Source: Rhodothermales bacterium
GTDB lineage: Bacteria > Bacteroidota > Rhodothermia > Rhodothermales > VXPQ01
Assembly: GCA_040904565.1 (NCBI GenBank)
Contig: JBBDTI010000075.1
Span: forward strand, 138,508-202,507
Direction: 5' to 3'
Length of the DNA: 64,000 bases
Below the pieces are notes generated by a model that saw only the letters and a list, made by a program, of their open reading frames with translations, was not told the origin of the DNA and searched no databases. Positions 62,780 through 64,000 of the stretch are shown one piece after another. The position numbers were made by a program, and so were the translations under genes. Numbering within the stretch: position 1 is the first letter of the stretch; each line of letters begins with the position of its first letter.

Positions 62780-64000
62780 ATGACCTACGTGACATCGGTC
62801 CGTCCCTCACGCATCGACCTGCACGCGATCACCCTCATGCTGCTCGCCCTCTTGCTGCCGACTTGGGGCTGCGGTGACGGCGCGATGCCGGTGGGCGAAG
62901 GTGTACAGGCCCGCATCCATCCATCCGCCGAGCAGCCCCGCTACTGGCAGATGGGCGACGAGCCCGTCATGCTCCTGGGCGGCTCACGCGAAGACAATCT
63001 CTTTCAGATCGACGACGTCGAGGATCACCTTGACCTGCTCGAATCCGCAGGTGGCAACTACGTCCGCAACACGATGAGCTCGCGCGACTCCGGCGATGTA
63101 TGGCCGTTTGCCCGGCTCGAAAGCGGACTGTACGACCTCGAGCGGCCGTCCGAGGGCTACTTCGACCGTCTCTCCCACCTCCTGAAGGCCGCGCACGAGC
63201 GCGGCGTGGTCGTGCAGATCGAACTGTGGGACCGCTTCGACTATGCGCGTGAGCCCTGGCTGGCGAATCCGTTCCGTCCAGCCAACAACATCAATTACAC
63301 GATCGAAGAAAGCGGGCTACGCAACGAGTATCCCGCCCATCCGGGCAGCAACGACAATCCTTTCTTTCGCACGGTCCCGGGCGAAAATGATCACGCCCTG
63401 ATCCTCCGCTATCAAAGAGCCCACGTCGATCGCATTCTCGATCTAACGCTTCCTTATCCGAACGTGCTTTACACGATGGACAACGAGACGAACGGTATCG
63501 AGAGCTGGGGCGCGTATTGGGCGCGCTACATCCAAGAGGCCGCCGATCGGGCGGGGGTGGACGTCTACACGACGGAGATGTGGGATGCATGGGACCTTCG
63601 CGACGAACAGCACCGACGTACGCTGGATCATCCCGACCTCTACGCATTCGCAGACGTCTCCCAGAACAATCACAACACCGGACAGGAGCACTGGGACAAC
63701 CTGCAGTGGGTGCGGTCGTACATCGAAGCCGACCCACGCCCCCTGAACACGGTCAAGACGTACGGCGCCGACGGTGGCCCATACGGCTCGAGCCGTGACG
63801 GAACGGAACGGTTCTGGAGGAATGTTGTCGGAGGGGCGGCATCGGCCCGATTCCATCGCCCACCGTCGGGCCTCGGACTCAGCCCCCTCGCACAGGCGCA
63901 TCTCACGAGCGCACGCCTGTTCGTCGACGCGTTCGATCTCTTTCGCGCGCAACCGGATGTCGATCATGTCCGATTGACGGACCGGAATGCGAATGAGGCC
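62780..64000 (+). CDS. Lipoprotein, clan GH-A-like TIM barrel (partial, runs off the window; absent from the ORF track)
   Basis: Open frame from ATG 62780: MTYVTS...LLLPTWGC lipobox; PRYWQMGDEPVMLLGGS, GGNYVRNTMS, VVVQIELWDRFD, NPFRPANNIN, VLYTMDNET, RFWRNVVGG; homologous to 49732-51207. Confidence 0.8.
   Translation, partial: MTYVTSVRPSRIDLHAITLMLLALLLPTWGCGDGAMPVGEGVQARIHPSAEQPRYWQMGDEPVMLLGGSREDNLFQIDDVEDHLDLLESAGGNYVRNTMSSRDSGDVWPFARLESGLYDLERPSEGYFDRLSHLLKAAHERGVVVQIELWDRFDYAREPWLANPFRPANNINYTIEESGLRNEYPAHPGSNDNPFFRTVPGENDHALILRYQRAHVDRILDLTLPYPNVLYTMDNETNGIESWGAYWARYIQEAADRAGVDVYTTEMWDAWDLRDEQHRRTLDHPDLYAFADVSQNNHNTGQEHWDNLQWVRSYIEADPRPLNTVKTYGADGGPYGSSRDGTERFWRNVVGGAASARFHRPPSGLGLSPLAQAHLTSARLFVDAFDLFRAQPDVDHVRLTDRNANEA

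Overview
GC-rich bacterial chromosomal segment. Gene content and order (ppiC-ppiC-surA-moxR, 7TM-HD protein, many Tat-exported sugar enzymes) suggest a Rhodothermales/Bacteroidota-like organism; this is an inference. About 50 CDS and one tRNA-Lys(CTT). Core genes: surA cluster, ligA, rodZ-like, fxsA, topoisomerase IV A/B, gpsA, plsY, purM, aconitase. Also an oxyR/catalase/ankyrin module with visible OxyR-type boxes, and an accessory block (35-51 kb) of exported or sugar-catabolic enzymes. The most striking element is a 14.4 kb, 8-gene minus-strand operon (20.3-34.7 kb). It encodes a TPR-gluzincin protease, DUF4159, a MoxR AAA+ ATPase, DUF58, BatA-vWA, a DUF4175-like coiled coil, a vWA-GATase-like membrane protein, and a caspase-fold protein with Ser at the catalytic Cys position and an EF-hand loop; it looks like an uncharacterised trans-envelope machine. 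Other oddities: an aconitase missing one Fe-S Cys ligand, translationally coupled to a phytoene-synthase-fold protein without catalytic motifs; a GH-A-like lipoprotein with Lys at the apparent nucleophile position; and an internally deleted lipoprotein pseudogene. No CRISPR, IS, integrase or phage genes were seen. All family assignments come from motif recognition by eye, not database searches.
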